Of a stretch of 64,000 bases of DNA, positions 10,620 to 23,776 are shown piece after piece. Numbering within the stretch: the first letter of the stretch is position 1; each line of letters starts with the position of its first letter. Location: contig MCFE01000012.1 in the NCBI GenBank assembly GCA_002104905.1, positions 186,001 through 250,000 of the forward strand, in the 5' to 3' direction. A model generated the notes under the pieces. That model made no database searches. It saw nothing but the letters and a program-made list of their open reading frames with translations, and was not told the DNA's origin. Both the position numbers and the translations under genes were made by a program. The DNA comes from Basidiobolus meristosporus CBS 931.73. Taxonomy: Eukaryota > Fungi > Basidiobolomycota.

Positions 10620-13373
10620 CTGTGAGGCAAACACTGGCTGGGATCCTCAATGTATTTCCTATACCATCAGCATGCTTCATTGCTGAGTGGTTGGTTAAAA
10701 TAGCCACAAGGTCATTTTCCCCTTCTCTTATGGTGTTGACTCAAAATAATCTTGTCTGCAGGGCAAACAGCTTGAAATTTGACAACATAATGCTACTATA
10801 TTACTTTTTTATCAACACTCAAGTGATCTTAAGATAGCTTTATATTTGAGAAATTGCTCCTACATGAATGTAAGATTTGATGATTACCCACCATAGTAAG
10901 TATTATGTATAATGCTGTGGCACTACATACAAAAGTATATGTAGCACTATTTCTCCTTTGGTTTGACTCACTTCCATAAATATGCCACCAAGAAGTAAAG
11001 CAATGTTGTCTGGTTCCCAACTAAACTGCACTGCTAACAGCCGCAGATAAATAGTTGAACACCAGCTTGCTCTGGAATTCAGTGGAACTAGCAGGCTGCA
11101 TCTAAAAAAGGCCATGTTGACAGTTTGCCCACTGAAGGTAATAATGTAGACTCCTTGGGGTTTCATTCAAGTAGTCAACTGATAATCTCTGCAGAACTGC
11201 CAGCTGGTCATAATACTCTGGCAGATGGGAATGTTGGAATTGCAATACCTCTAGTAAATGACCAGCAAATGACGGTCATAACATCAATACCAATAGTATT
11301 AGCAAGTATGTTGTCAACACATACCAAATTGTTAATGAGGTAAATAGGTGCAGTGGCTAACAGGATAGACACAATAGACTGGAGAAATCAGGAAATAGCT
11401 CAGAGATAGGAAGAGTGGATATTATGTACAGAGCAATGAATATGCCAGTTAGCAAATGCAGTATCTAGGCTGCAAAGTAGGAACTCAAGTAGCTTAATGC
11501 CACAGCCAATAATAGAGCCATTTCCTGATGTAACAGCAGAGGATCACTGCACAGTCTTTGAAGCACAGGAACAGTGCCCCAAAGATAATGCCCACTGAGA
11601 AACCAGTTTCAGAATGGGAGGGAGAGACTGCAATCTTTATAACCAGCCTAAAAATCAAAGACACAGAAGATCTGTGGGGCTTTTGAGTGCAATGATGAAG
11701 GATGGTTTAAAATTCAAGAGGCTGATAGAAGTCAAGCATGGCATCACCTTAAGGCAGGCATACTATGGGACCATCAGGAACTCAAGACCAGCAGAATGTG
11801 TTTAATCTATTTCATGAGCAATACCCTGGATTCAAGCAAGTAAATGGATTTGGGCCAGCATTGGTGTGATAAGAGAGTATCTCAAGAATACCAGAAACCA
11901 TCCAATGAAGAACAACAAGGGTGTTACAGTTAAAAACTGGTAGCTTCCTCAAGAGCTTGTCACAAGCAGGGCTGAAAGCTCCAAATAAGTGGCAATGAAA
12001 TATCAGGCAGCCAGAATAGTGTCAATAAGGGACAAGCAGGCAGAACCAAGTGCATCAGTGTAACATTTCTCAGCAAAGAAATGGAGTTCAATTCAAGATG
12101 CACTTGGCCAAAGTATTAGTGAAGTATCAGGCAGCAACAAAAGCCTGTGGCTTTCTTAGGAGCTTGTTACAAGCAGAGCTGAAGGCTTGAAATAAGTGGC
12201 TAAGCAATGTTGGGTTACCAGGAGAGTGCCAGTAAGGGACAAGCAGGTGAAACAGATGCACCAGTGCAGCATTCATCAAAGACAAAGTGTAGTACAATAC
12301 ACAAGGCACTTGGTCAAAATAGCAGTGAAAGAGTTGGAAGTGATAAAGGTAAAGGTAAAGAGAAAAAAAGCTACTCAAGCCAGAGAGAGGGAAGTGTGAA
12401 AACAAAAGCTGCAGTTGTTGCCAATTAATGCTGTCAGCCCCAAACAAGCTGAATCCTATATTAGCCAAGAAGAATTACCAACAAGACAACAGCAGATTTC
12501 TCAAGAGTTGGAAGTGGAGCCAGTTGAGCTACACTTCAGTGAGATAGATGAGCTTGCAGAGAAAGGCAATTTGTCTACCACTGCTTCCACATCCTCCATT
12601 GTAGACAGTTTGTAGATTCCACTGACAGACAAAGCAACATCAAGAACTCAAAAGACTATCACAATGGCTACAGTGGAATATTGCAACATTAATAGGCATA
12701 CCAAGAGGTTGCAGCACTTCTTCAAGAGCAGTGCTCAAGAACACACACTTGAATATTGCAAGAACTTAATGCAAAGACCAGCAGATGAAGTGCTTGACCT
12801 TGCAGTGCAGGGTGAAGAACAGGACATATGAGAACCAGTGAATGAACAATTGCATAAAGCTGTTTAGTTCCTGTTAAAGTCATGGAAAGAGGGTGTTGCA
12901 GCAGAAATACTTACTAAATGGTGAATTTCAATGAAGTTACTTGTTCAGTGTGGGGTTGGGCTTTATGTTGGTGTTGAGTACACAGACTTGTATAAATCAG
13001 TACAACTGGCACTTGAGTCACAACTGAAGTTTAGCAGAAATAGACCATTTTGTATTCATGAAAAAGTAAGAGCATTGGTTCAGTCAGGAAGTAAGTAGTG
13101 TGAGAAGAGGCAATAACCAATCAATGAACACAAATATAGTAGGTAATTGAGTGTCCAGGATCACAAAGTGAAAGAAATGGCAGAGAACCAATTAAAAGCC
13201 ACTTATGTATCATTGTGAGGAAAATTCTGACCAAGTTTTGTGTCAAATCTGGGGGTCTATTTTCCTTTACAATGTTTGCACAGTGTCCTGATGGGATCAA
13301 TATCTCTTATTCACTGTATTTTGATTTTGTGATTGCCTTTTGATGGGATTATAATAGCAATTTTTCATTGGGG
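10620..13373. mobile_element. Second, deleted CMC-type copy: transposase 5' end, divergent partner ORF remnant and TIR-like end
   Basis: 10640-11120 is a diverged direct copy of 8200-8700; lysine/glutamate-rich degenerate frames at 11100-12900; TIR-like tttttcattgggg-ta at 13361-13375. Confidence 0.55.
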
Positions 13374-13504
13374 TAATGCAACAGTGTCAAGAAATTGGTG
13401 GACTAAAAAAAAATTTTCAGCAGCTTTGGCATTGTGTCCTAATTGCATAAATACTGTTTAGCCACAGGATTTTAGTTTTGTATTAGCCTTTTGACAGGAT
13501 CATG

Positions 13505-13740
13505 ACAAATATTTCCCAGGAGGTATGGCATGCTGGCAGACAAAGGTTTCAGAAGTAGACTAGGCCAACTAGGATATTTACCCAATTTGGTAGTCAGCTG
13601 CTCACTACTTTGACAAATACCTGCACCTTGGGGTTTGAAGGAAAAGTAATAGTTGAAGGACAACAAAACATCATTAGAGTACCAGCAAAATACCAGGAGA
13701 CTGTAAGATAAGTTCAAAGTGAGAGATCCTTCTTTATGAA
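13505..13740. repeat. Partial, more diverged copy of the MITE family
   Basis: atatttcccaggagg...agactaggccaac...ccaatttggtagtcagctgctcactacttt...accagcaaaatacca matches 35150-35285 in the same orientation. Confidence 0.65.
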
Positions 13741-13888
13741 CTTTACCATGTTATGCAAGGTGACTTTGGGGTACAATGCAATTTTATATATGATTTGATG
13801 GACAGAATTATATTTACCAAAAATAAGCAGTATTATAACAGAAGTTGCAAATGGAAGCATATTTACACCACTGTTGATTTAAAAGGAA

Positions 13889-14568
13889 TCATGCTACCAA
13901 GAAATTCTTTTGTGGAAACCAAACACTACTCCAAGAATTTAATCCAATGGAAGTTGGAATCAATAGCATACTATTATTGAAAAGTCCAGGTAAACTACTA
14001 CCTATGAATAAGCTCCATTGTTGATAAAAAGCCTTTGCATTATTAATACTTTCATGGACCTGTGTTTGGGTAGTATTTGTATATAAATTAAAAAAGCTAC
14101 TTCCATATCTTTGAGGAAATCTGTTAAACATATGCCATGCTATTTTATCAGCACGATCCAATACATTACCTTTGGCAACAAAAATAATACTCTTATATGA
14201 CAGTTTAATTCTACAGACTTGGCCAATAGAGTCTTTTATATGTGGAATTGTTCCTTCATTTGCTCCATATTCAGATCCGCCTGATGAACCAACCGTATCT
14301 ACTATTTGCCAACCTTTTCCTGATCCTATGGTAGCCTTTTCTGTTACTTTAATTCCGCCTGCACCTATCAGAAAATAATTGATTATCAGATATAATCAAC
14401 TACTGAGTTAACGCATTTACGAGAGTTGCCCCTTCCCATTATTCCTACAATAAACGTGCTGTTACTAAGTAAGCACAGAGCGCTGCAGCATGATCTGGTA
14501 GAAGAAGACACATCTTCCTCAGCACAAACGATGAATTGTTCTCGATCAAAAAGAGAAAAGTCAACCAT
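13889..14568 (-). pseudogene. Possible AIG1/GIMAP-like P-loop GTPase remnant
   Basis: Open frame GAGGIKVTEKATIGSGKGWQIVDTVG...EGTIPH...SYKSIIFVAKG..LDRADKIAWHMF; DTVG fits G3 (DxxG); no intact G1 GxxxxGK(S/T) seen. Confidence 0.35.
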
Positions 14569-16180
14569 ATTTGGCTTGTAAGAAAACCCCCCAAGGATGC
14601 CCCATTTAGGCCGTGAGTGAAATCAGAAGAGTTGCTTGTAAGGGGAGAATCAAAAGCTACCAGGCTGCAAGACCCCGGATGTCGTTCTCAGATATATAAC
14701 TTTATTGTAGAGTATAGTAAGAGAGAAGCCATATCGCTTGCATCAATAGTTCATAAACTACAGGGATGCCAGACCACAATAAGTGAAGTGCCAAATCTAG
14801 ATTCCAAGAGACCCGAGAATTAGAAACTGGAGCCCCATTCAGGGGCCTTATACATAACAAAGTAGCCTCATTTATCGAAACCGAGGTTGGTACCATTATG
14901 ATCACTGTTAAAACAGGATTTATACTAGTAATATGTTAATCAAGTACGGTAAAATGTCACTAGGGGCAGCATTTCTTGGAACAGTCCAACATCTTTCCTC
15001 ACACAGGATTGAGGACAAATTACGATGTATAGACTGAGGTGGCATAGTCTATTCCAACTGGACATATATCTTAGTGGGCCGATGTAGATACGGTGCCTTT
15101 CACAAAGCTTGTTCTCAGCCATACCATCGTGCTAGCCTTACCCAGAGAGCATCCCAATTGTTGCTTGCACAAGACAATGTAGAGAGCCGTATAGCCTAAA
15201 TTGACCAAACGCTCGCCGAGCTACAGAGCAGCTTCCGGTTGTAGTGAATTCCGCTGCTAGCCATGACCCCTCAGTGATGGTCAATTCATTGACCACCACC
15301 GAACCTGCATCCACTCCTTGGATGTTCCACTTGTGCTTGAAACGTGAAAATAAATGATTTCTCACGTTGGTACCAAACCAGGCTCCAACAACCACACACA
15401 GTATCCATTGAACCGTCTGGATCGCAGGTCGAGAGTGCAGCTGAGACCATTACAGAGCACCATTGCATCATCCTATTGTTATGCCAGCATCGAAGTTGCC
15501 ATGTTCCTGATATATGCTCGTCGAGATGATTTTCATGTCGGACTTCCGTCACTCTTGGTTGTCCCTCTGTGCAGTGCAGGCATAGCGGTACTGGGGAGCA
15601 AGCGACGATGACGTCGGTGTACTGAACAAAAACGTATCAAATCTCAGGGAATAGCTGCTGTGTCAGATTCCTGAATTGGAAAAATACAGGAGGATCTGCG
15701 TTCTACTGTCTATGTGATGTTTTCTTACCGTAATCTGGCCTGGCCATGGCAGCAGATCGTCCATGTTTATTTCGGAATCTGCGGTATATTTCAGTCAGCT
15801 CCTCAGACCTACCACCATGACGCTATCGAAATACGAAACGTGGCAAACAACCACCAGGAAGTGATTGGAACCTTCAGTCAGGCACCAGCACTCATGTCAA
15901 AAAACTGCATACATGCATGCAAACTTGGTTATATGAATTAAATGAGGGATAAGGTGGTAAGAACATATCAACCACTCCACCAATCAAAACGAGATGATGA
16001 CATGGGTCTTATATCGTGGTTATACTACAAAACTCCCTGGATCAGGGAAATCCGATGAAGCGCTCTTCAGACTGCAAAGCGTCGGTGTAGAAATAAAAGT
16101 GTGATCGAGCATCTCAAACACTTTTCTTGCTCATAATCGCATCAGCCTTAGCTCTATAAGCTCATCCAACCCCGATCGCT

Positions 16181-17146
16181 ATGAGAGATAATTCCGGCGA
16201 CATACCACTTCCGACAGAAGCTCATTCAACAACTTTAAAGCCCATTGACAATAGCCTGATTAAGCACAGATCCCACAACTATCACGCTTCGATTACTTGC
16301 TCTGTCCCCTTTATGAACTGTACACAGCTATCGAAGATATCGATTCCAGATGGAAACGCTTTACCTCCGCCATCATTACCTCCACTTTCGGAAACACTAG
16401 GGAACCTGTTCCCTAGCTCCCCTAAATCTACATCCAATCCACTCTCTAGCCCAATATCGTTAGAAACCATACCAACTGCCTCTTTGCTAGGCTCTCCATC
16501 ACATCAGCCTCTTGTACGGGATTCACACAATACCTTCAGCTCGTCTGGTGTGCGCAAACTACCACCCATTGTTCATAGTGACACCATGGAGACAAGGCCG
16601 AGTGGTAACGGCAGTTACTATTGCCGAGCTGAACGCTCATTATCTATCCCAATGCAGCACAGCACCCAAATCCCACCTTGTTCATACACAATTACGCCAC
16701 AATACCATGCGAACACGAACCGGCACCCTGCGATATATCGATCGAGAAGCCATAACTCATCTACTCCTTGGGAACAACACAGCCAGTCAGAAGCATATTT
16801 CGCCTATCAGCAGAGTAATGATGACAGCCAAAAGGAGTTTTCCTTCGTGTCGCTCCCTGGAGTTAACAGCAAAAAGAGGCCCCGAAGACGGTTTGATGAA
16901 ATAGAGCGCCTATATGCTTGTAGCTGGCCAGGATGTAGCAAAAGCTATGGAACATTGAATCACCTGAATGCCCACGTAACAATGCAAAAACACGGCTCCA
17001 AGAGACAGCCTTCCGGTTCGTAGTGCTTTCATCGTCTGAGAGAGAATCCATTGTACTAACCAACTGGAAATCTAGAGTTCAAAGAGCTACGGAAATACTG
17101 GAAGCAGCAGAAGCAAGACACTATCACTAGAAAGCAACTACTCTAG
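16181..17146 (+). CDS. con7: Con7-like C2H2 zinc-finger transcription factor (intron 17016-17075)
   Basis: KRPRRRFDEIERLYACSWPGCSKSYGTLNHLNAHVTMQKHG; removing the GT..CTAAC..AG intron restores PSEFKELRKYWK, typical of the Con7 family. Confidence 0.85.
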
Positions 17147-18559
17147 CTAGGATAATATACTTGATGGTACGAGATATAATTTCAAATATTCTTCCGAATC
17201 ATGTATATCCAGCAAGAGCCACCTCGAAGGCATGGTGGCCTGCTTGAACCTCTTACAAGTACGTTTATTTTCATATTACTGTACCTAGTAATATTGATGA
17301 ATAGGTGCTGGTACTGCAAAATAGATTTGTAATTTTACTCGTATTATATGATTGCGATGTAGACTCCATATGATAAAGAATTTAGATAATATGAATTAAT
17401 GTTAGTATTCCTGGCTACACAACATTAAATAAATAGTAGACTTGAACTCCATATAGATCAATACCTGAGTAATGATATCCACCTGGTCTCGTAAATACAA
17501 GAAGGCTACATTCTTGCCAAGGTGTCGTTCTAATTGCTGTGGCATATATTTCAGGTATGGCTGTAATCTACAACAAGAAGCTTTCCATCCTCGGCTTTAA
17601 TGCAATGCGACTGTTCCAAAGTAAGCCCGTTCCCTCTCTGCTACTCTAGAGGATCTTCTTTGCTTAATCATGGAGGTGCACGAACTTTACCAATATATGT
17701 GAAGGACCTCAAATGTAGATGTAGGGGAGTGTTCATTAAAGCAGTGGCGTACCTCTCTACGTCAAGTAGCATTGTGGTGCATACTGATCAGCGCTTTTAT
17801 CATCTGGTAGCATCTGCCTGTGCGTGATATCTTTCGTCGTGCTTGAAATTAACAAGAGCGTCACACTCAGCATCACGTTATTGGCCCTCCTGAAAACATG
17901 ACAATACGAGATATTCAGCGTCAATTTTATACATCTGCGTCGCTAAATTGGCCCGATTCCCGTTACTGGGGAGTTTCTGGAAGTATCGAGAGGGGAACAT
18001 AGGTGTATAATTGTCCATATACTTTATTAACTATCGGCTTTCTGCTGTGCATGCTACACAAAGTTTTGTATATCGCATTGAAATTCTCTACAAATACCAA
18101 TCACTGCAATAGCAGTATAAATCTAGCATCATAAGTAACAAGTTATCAAACCTTGAAAACGTTCCGCATTTGAAAGTTCGCATCAATTTGGCTCATATTC
18201 TGTATCCTCAATGGCTATATTACACTGGTTCTTTGGCTACGTAGACGGACCTGTATGTTAGAATATGGCACCTGCTAATACAAATTTCTAATAAGCCACT
18301 CAATGGCACTTCTTGACTAATGTGGCACCCCACTCCAATACCAACAAAATGCTCACAATTTGAGACGATAACGGCCACTATTGAGGGTAGATTTGGTGTT
18401 AGGCTTCATCATAATTTCCTTTTTGAGCAGTTGTGTCAAGCACCTCCCTCACTATCTATGATATCTTGAGACGTCTGAAACGATATATTTGATTCCAACA
18501 TAGTAGGTCCCTTGACTGAATATATTCAATGGGTAGTTTGACGAGCATAAATGCAACCC

Positions 18560-18850
18560 TTTCAATGCATTTACCGAATAAAGGGATAGTAGCCGTTTGT
18601 AGGAAGAGTTGGAAATCTTCTCGCTGATCAGCCCACTTCACGAATTTGCAATATATTCGAAGAAATTAAAATACTCTGCATTGTGAAAGGTTCAACAACC
18701 CATTAATCCTGAAGAATCGTCCATAGTAAAACGGTCGACTCAATAGCATGCTAAACTCTGCGCTCGTTACAGCGTAGCCCCAACAACAGGGAATTTTCGA
18801 ACGGAAAATAGGCAACAGCGGCTGCACTTCGAAATAAACCATTCCCATCT
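18560..18850 (-). pseudogene. Possible OTU-domain remnant
   Basis: DGNGLFRSAA (cf. DGNCLFR), LGLR, then FFEYIAN and KWADQRE in adjacent frames; stops and frameshifts. Confidence 0.35.
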
Positions 18851-20144
18851 TATCAGTATATCGGACTACAAATACAAACACAAGGACCAATCGCTCGATG
18901 TGGAACACGATGTTTTGTTGATTATTCCCATCCACCAACCACCTCTACTCACTCATGCTTGCGTGAAAATCAAGGATCTCACTGATGCCACGCCTTATTT
19001 TGGATGACAAGGATCCAGGATTTGAGTTCAATTTGTAAACTAACGGCTGTTCCATGGTTACTCAAGTGGATCCAAACTTATTTCTTCGAAACCAACAAGC
19101 TTTTTCCCAGTCTTCATACTTATAGTGCCATTCCCATGCTATCCAATTTGGTTATAGATATGGAGGTGAGATAGAGCTACTAAGGGCATGTATTGGTATT
19201 ACCTCAGGCGATGGGTGCCCTTATGCATGTCACTTGATCCTCTTGTAATTTTACTGGGATCCACTCCAGCAATAGAGACAGCTAGCTTATAAGTAAAGTA
19301 ACACAAGTAGGAGGTGCCAAGCAGATGCAAGTAGTATGATTGCGACAACTCTATTTATAACTGATCACTGGAAAATGTAGATCGCGCATTAGATGCTATT
19401 ATATTGGCATATTTTTTGTGCTCGACCACCTGAAGCTTAAGTTCTTAATCGCTGTACGGTTAGTCACGCCTATGTAGGAAGGCCTTGGATATAAGTTATT
19501 ACTCTAAAACTCATATATGCCAAAAGAAAGCAATTCATATCTTTAGTCTAGATGAAAGAGCATTAAGGAAATATTTAACCCACTCGTTACATGATTGCAA
19601 CTTGATTAACATGCTAGGAAGTGATTAAAATGAAACCAGGATTTTGATCAATTTAAATGTCGATTCGAGAAGCCAAATTTGTAGGTCCGTGATCTGTGCT
19701 TAGCCAATAAGCTAAGAGGATAGTAATTTTAGTATGAGGTTCGAAAACAATAAGCATTACTCTGATTGATCATTTACCCAAGACAATTCAATTATATTGG
19801 AGCTCGGTCTCCATTCAAGGGAATACAAATTGGTGGTATATGTGCGGTGGCACAGTACTGGACTCAGCGAAAAATGCACACTGCATATTTCAGTTACTGG
19901 GGTTCATTTCCGAAATGTTTAAAATATAGCTCATAGGGCACTCACGTATTGTTAATACCACCCCTTTCCTTTGTTAATACTTCTCTTTGCGAGTCAAACG
20001 TGGTTTTTCAAACGGCTAGCAAATTAACCCTTTGTATTTAGCCGCTGGCTTGGACATTCCCTCTATTTCACTTCTACTTTTCAAAAGCTCAGGAAGCTCT
20101 TTCATTTGTTTACCTTTTGAAGTTTTCATCGCTGTTTGCTGGCC

Positions 20145-21673
20145 ATGATGCAAAGACCTCGTTTCAATTCATATAGCGCCGGGTCTCCGGCTTTGCCGTT
20201 AACTGAAAATCAGGCCTTAGTTAAGCATCGGTACCTGATAAAAAAACAATACAAATCTCATGACCTGCTGAAGGAGGCCATCAATACCAATGATGCTATG
20301 AAGAGCGAGCAACCTGGAGGTCATGTGACGCTCAACCGTAGAGCATCGAAGTTACGAAGGCTATCCTCTTTATTAAATAAGAAATTCAATCGGAATCGAC
20401 TGAGCCGCGACAAAATTTCACCGCCCATTCTTGTCACAGCTAGTTCATTTATCGAAGCAGTTCCCATAGAAAATCCTGCTAAAGAGTTGAGCTCTTTGGA
20501 AACACCAAATTCAACATCCCATTTGTCAGAACATTCCAATCAAGCTGGCTTGCCCGGTCAACTTTCGAGACAATCTTCCAAGAGTAGCTCTCATACACTT
20601 CAGAGGCAGCTAAGCGATAGGGAGATCAAGCGCCTAGGATCACGTGGTTTCACCAAGCATACTCGGTTTCTATCCGAAAGCTCACTTTCCTCATTTACCT
20701 CCGATGGCTCCAGTGATAAGCATTCCAGTTATGGCCGGGAAAACATTGTATGGCCACTCACAGTACAGGTTGAACACGACTGGGAGTTGGAGAATGCATA
20801 TTCAACATTCCCAGTCCTTTCAGACTCATTCACACAACAGGCCACCGATTGGGAAATGGCAGCTCTAGCTGAAGTAGCCATTTCTGAATCCCTTTCCAAC
20901 CCGAAAACGCCCGAGAACAAACCCACCAACACTAAACCAGAGATTGCATCATTGGCGCGAAATGACCTTTTGAGAAGCAACTCACTTCCAATATCAAAAG
21001 ATAAAATCTACTCGCATCGCTTTTCGGGGCCTGATACAGAAGTGGAGTCGATAGAATCCAATGCTAAAAGACGAGTAAAATCTGAGTGTGGAATGCGAGG
21101 GGATGTCTCTCTAGACTTCACCAAATGCCGTGTTCGCAGTTCATCTCTGAATCCAGTGAAAACGAAGTGGCGAGAGGCTGTAATTTATGCCAAGGATTTG
21201 GAGGACTATGAGAGTGTACTATCGGAAATGGAAATCCCCGTAACAAACTCAAACCCGATTTCAGAAGGTACTTGGTCTAACCAACTCGCATTCGGGATTT
21301 CTTAAACTAACTTTTAACTTAAGCATCCATTTTAGAGTTTCTGTCATCTCTGTCCCCTTCGAGCTCTGAGGATTCCTCAACTGAGACAGCCAATTCTTCC
21401 CCAGATTTAAGCAGCGCGGAAAACTTGGACCTGGACCCCGAAGCAGAAGCTCACGATGATCTGTATGATGAAGCACCATCCTCATCCACCCATGCTACCA
21501 CTGAGCACGATACTTATCGGCACTCGATCTTTGATCTCTATTGTTATGACAGTGACGAAGAGGAGTATTCGATTGAATCGGATGCTGATGATTCGTCAGA
21601 CAACAATCATCAATGCGAGTATTCTGGCATTGACACGCCGGGGGATGAGTTGATTGAGCTTGATAGAATATAG
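20145..21673 (+). CDS. Hypothetical Ser-rich, likely disordered protein (~490 aa; intron 21268-21323)
   Basis: Long ORF 20136-21305; a GTACTT..CTAAC..AAG intron joins it in frame to the acidic ORF ending 21673; no domain recognised. Confidence 0.7.
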
Positions 21674-23776
21674 GCAAACGTAAACTAACCCTGTGGCATT
21701 GGGTGGATTGAATTCTTGCAACGAGTACCATTCTCCTACAGACCCTGATCAGTATACTGCTTTTCGCTTGGAAGTATTTTTGTTTCATTTGTTAAATTCC
21801 ATTTTCCCGTGTTCCTCGACCTGTTAGCACTTTTGATTCCCCGCCTTGTTCAAATCCTTCATCCAACCCACGCTCCGATCAATCACCCATGCCACATGTC
21901 GTAAAGTTATCCCCCAATCAAATATAAATGCATTCTCCTCGAAATCACGTGATGTGGACCATTTATCTCTATGAACAGTGACCACCTCTGGAGTATTCTT
22001 TGGCCAACCAACCCTATCCATCATTGGTGTACAGGTGGAGAAAGCATTCACCACTGGATGCCCATTAGGCAGACCCTCGACAGACTCCCTGAAAGACTGA
22101 ATGGATTCCAACTGCTGGAACCCCATGGAGTACCCAGACCTGCATATTGAAGTTTGTGCTATACATGGAGTAGAATATGTGCTCAATGAGCCAGTTGAAA
22201 ATCCATGCAAGTAATTAATGAGTTGATGGAGCTTACTAAATACGATTAGCAGGTACGATACTTTTCAGACCATCAGAGTGAGTGGATTTCACTAATGCAG
22301 ACTGCCAGTACTAAATGCCAAGAGTGCCCCTGGTTCAACAATAACGATTGGGAGCCGCAAAAACACTAGCCGCATTGTCCACAACTCGATCCGAAAATCA
22401 ACGTGATATACGAGGAGCTTACTAAATAGATGCTCACATCCTTTCAGTCATCCAGCTTGGCTCCAATACAGATAATGTGGCAGGTTCATAAAACTGACAT
22501 GATTTAAATCATAGAGATCGTAATAGTAGAAAGATGCTGGAGGTTAGTAATATATTACCTATTTAGAAATCCCAATGATGCAGTGTTTTTTCATCCCGTA
22601 CACTCTGCGGCTAAATGCCCGAGGGCCAATCTTGGCCGGCTCAAATGTACCTGAGTCAAAACCCAAGCTCCTAACATTCGCGATAACCCACCAATAGCGA
22701 CGGCCCATAGGCATCTAATGACTCATGTGAAAATTGCCTGGCTGCTAACCGTAGGTTTTGGCGTGGAAAGAGTGTCTTTGAAAGCTATTTGTAAGCCCCT
22801 ATGACGAATTGGGAAACAGTGTCGAAGTTCGGAAACTCTTCTCAACATGGCATGTTTTGTTTGCTATCGCCCATTTCATGAGCCAGTATGGCAAAATCAG
22901 TGCTCGCCTTTGTATTTACTCGTACTACATGCGCACTCACAAAGGCGGCAGCTCTGGTGAACCAAGTCAAGGTGTCCTCCCACCTTCCTTCCCCCCTTCC
23001 CATTTCTACACGCAACTGGGCTTAATCCGATGGTACATTAAATCTCACAGCATGATGCAAGATCTATGTGCTACTGGTAACATTGCCTCATTACTATGCT
23101 AAAGTGATGCGAATCTCTCCTCCAGGTTAAGACAAATGACCATTGCGTTGGTATAATTGTGGCAGTAGGGAGGAAAACACCCACAATAGGCTCAGGCATC
23201 CATTCCTCTCCATAAATATCGATATTCCATTCATCATATGCTCTGCAGTTTTGGGAATTATTAACCGCGCAAAATTGGACGAATCCGATGAATCGGGTTC
23301 AATTCTCCAATCCAAAAGCCTGATCACCCTAATACATTACACTACGTGGTGTCCCAATGCACCAGTCAGCAGATTGCCTGAGAAACTGTTAGGAAATTTG
23401 TTTCAAGCATAATAAGCATGTTTCGATCATATCTATAGTATTTTCACTGCTCTCCGATTGGTGATTAGAAGACGAGACTTGCTGCTTATCTTGCATTCTC
23501 TCCTTGACCGGAATATTGTGATTGTTTTAGCCGTTCGTCGTTGAGGATATGATTGTATGGTCGAAAACCACCTTATTTACTCATTTAGAAATCATGGATG
23601 ACGAAACCCATCGGAAGCTACGAATTGGAGTACGATTCTGATCATCTTTGACTAATGCTGGACAATGTGGTGGACTATAAAATGTCAGGGATTTCCTTCC
23701 TTTGGTTACTCAAAAAGTTTTTTTCATTGGTCCTGGCGGTTTTTCTAATTAGTCTTTAAATTCATATCCTTTAACC

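Noticed and set aside
21824-22210. 128-aa minus ORF vaguely like a Ty3/gypsy protease flank
   Set aside because: No D(S/T)G motif or other pol domains nearby
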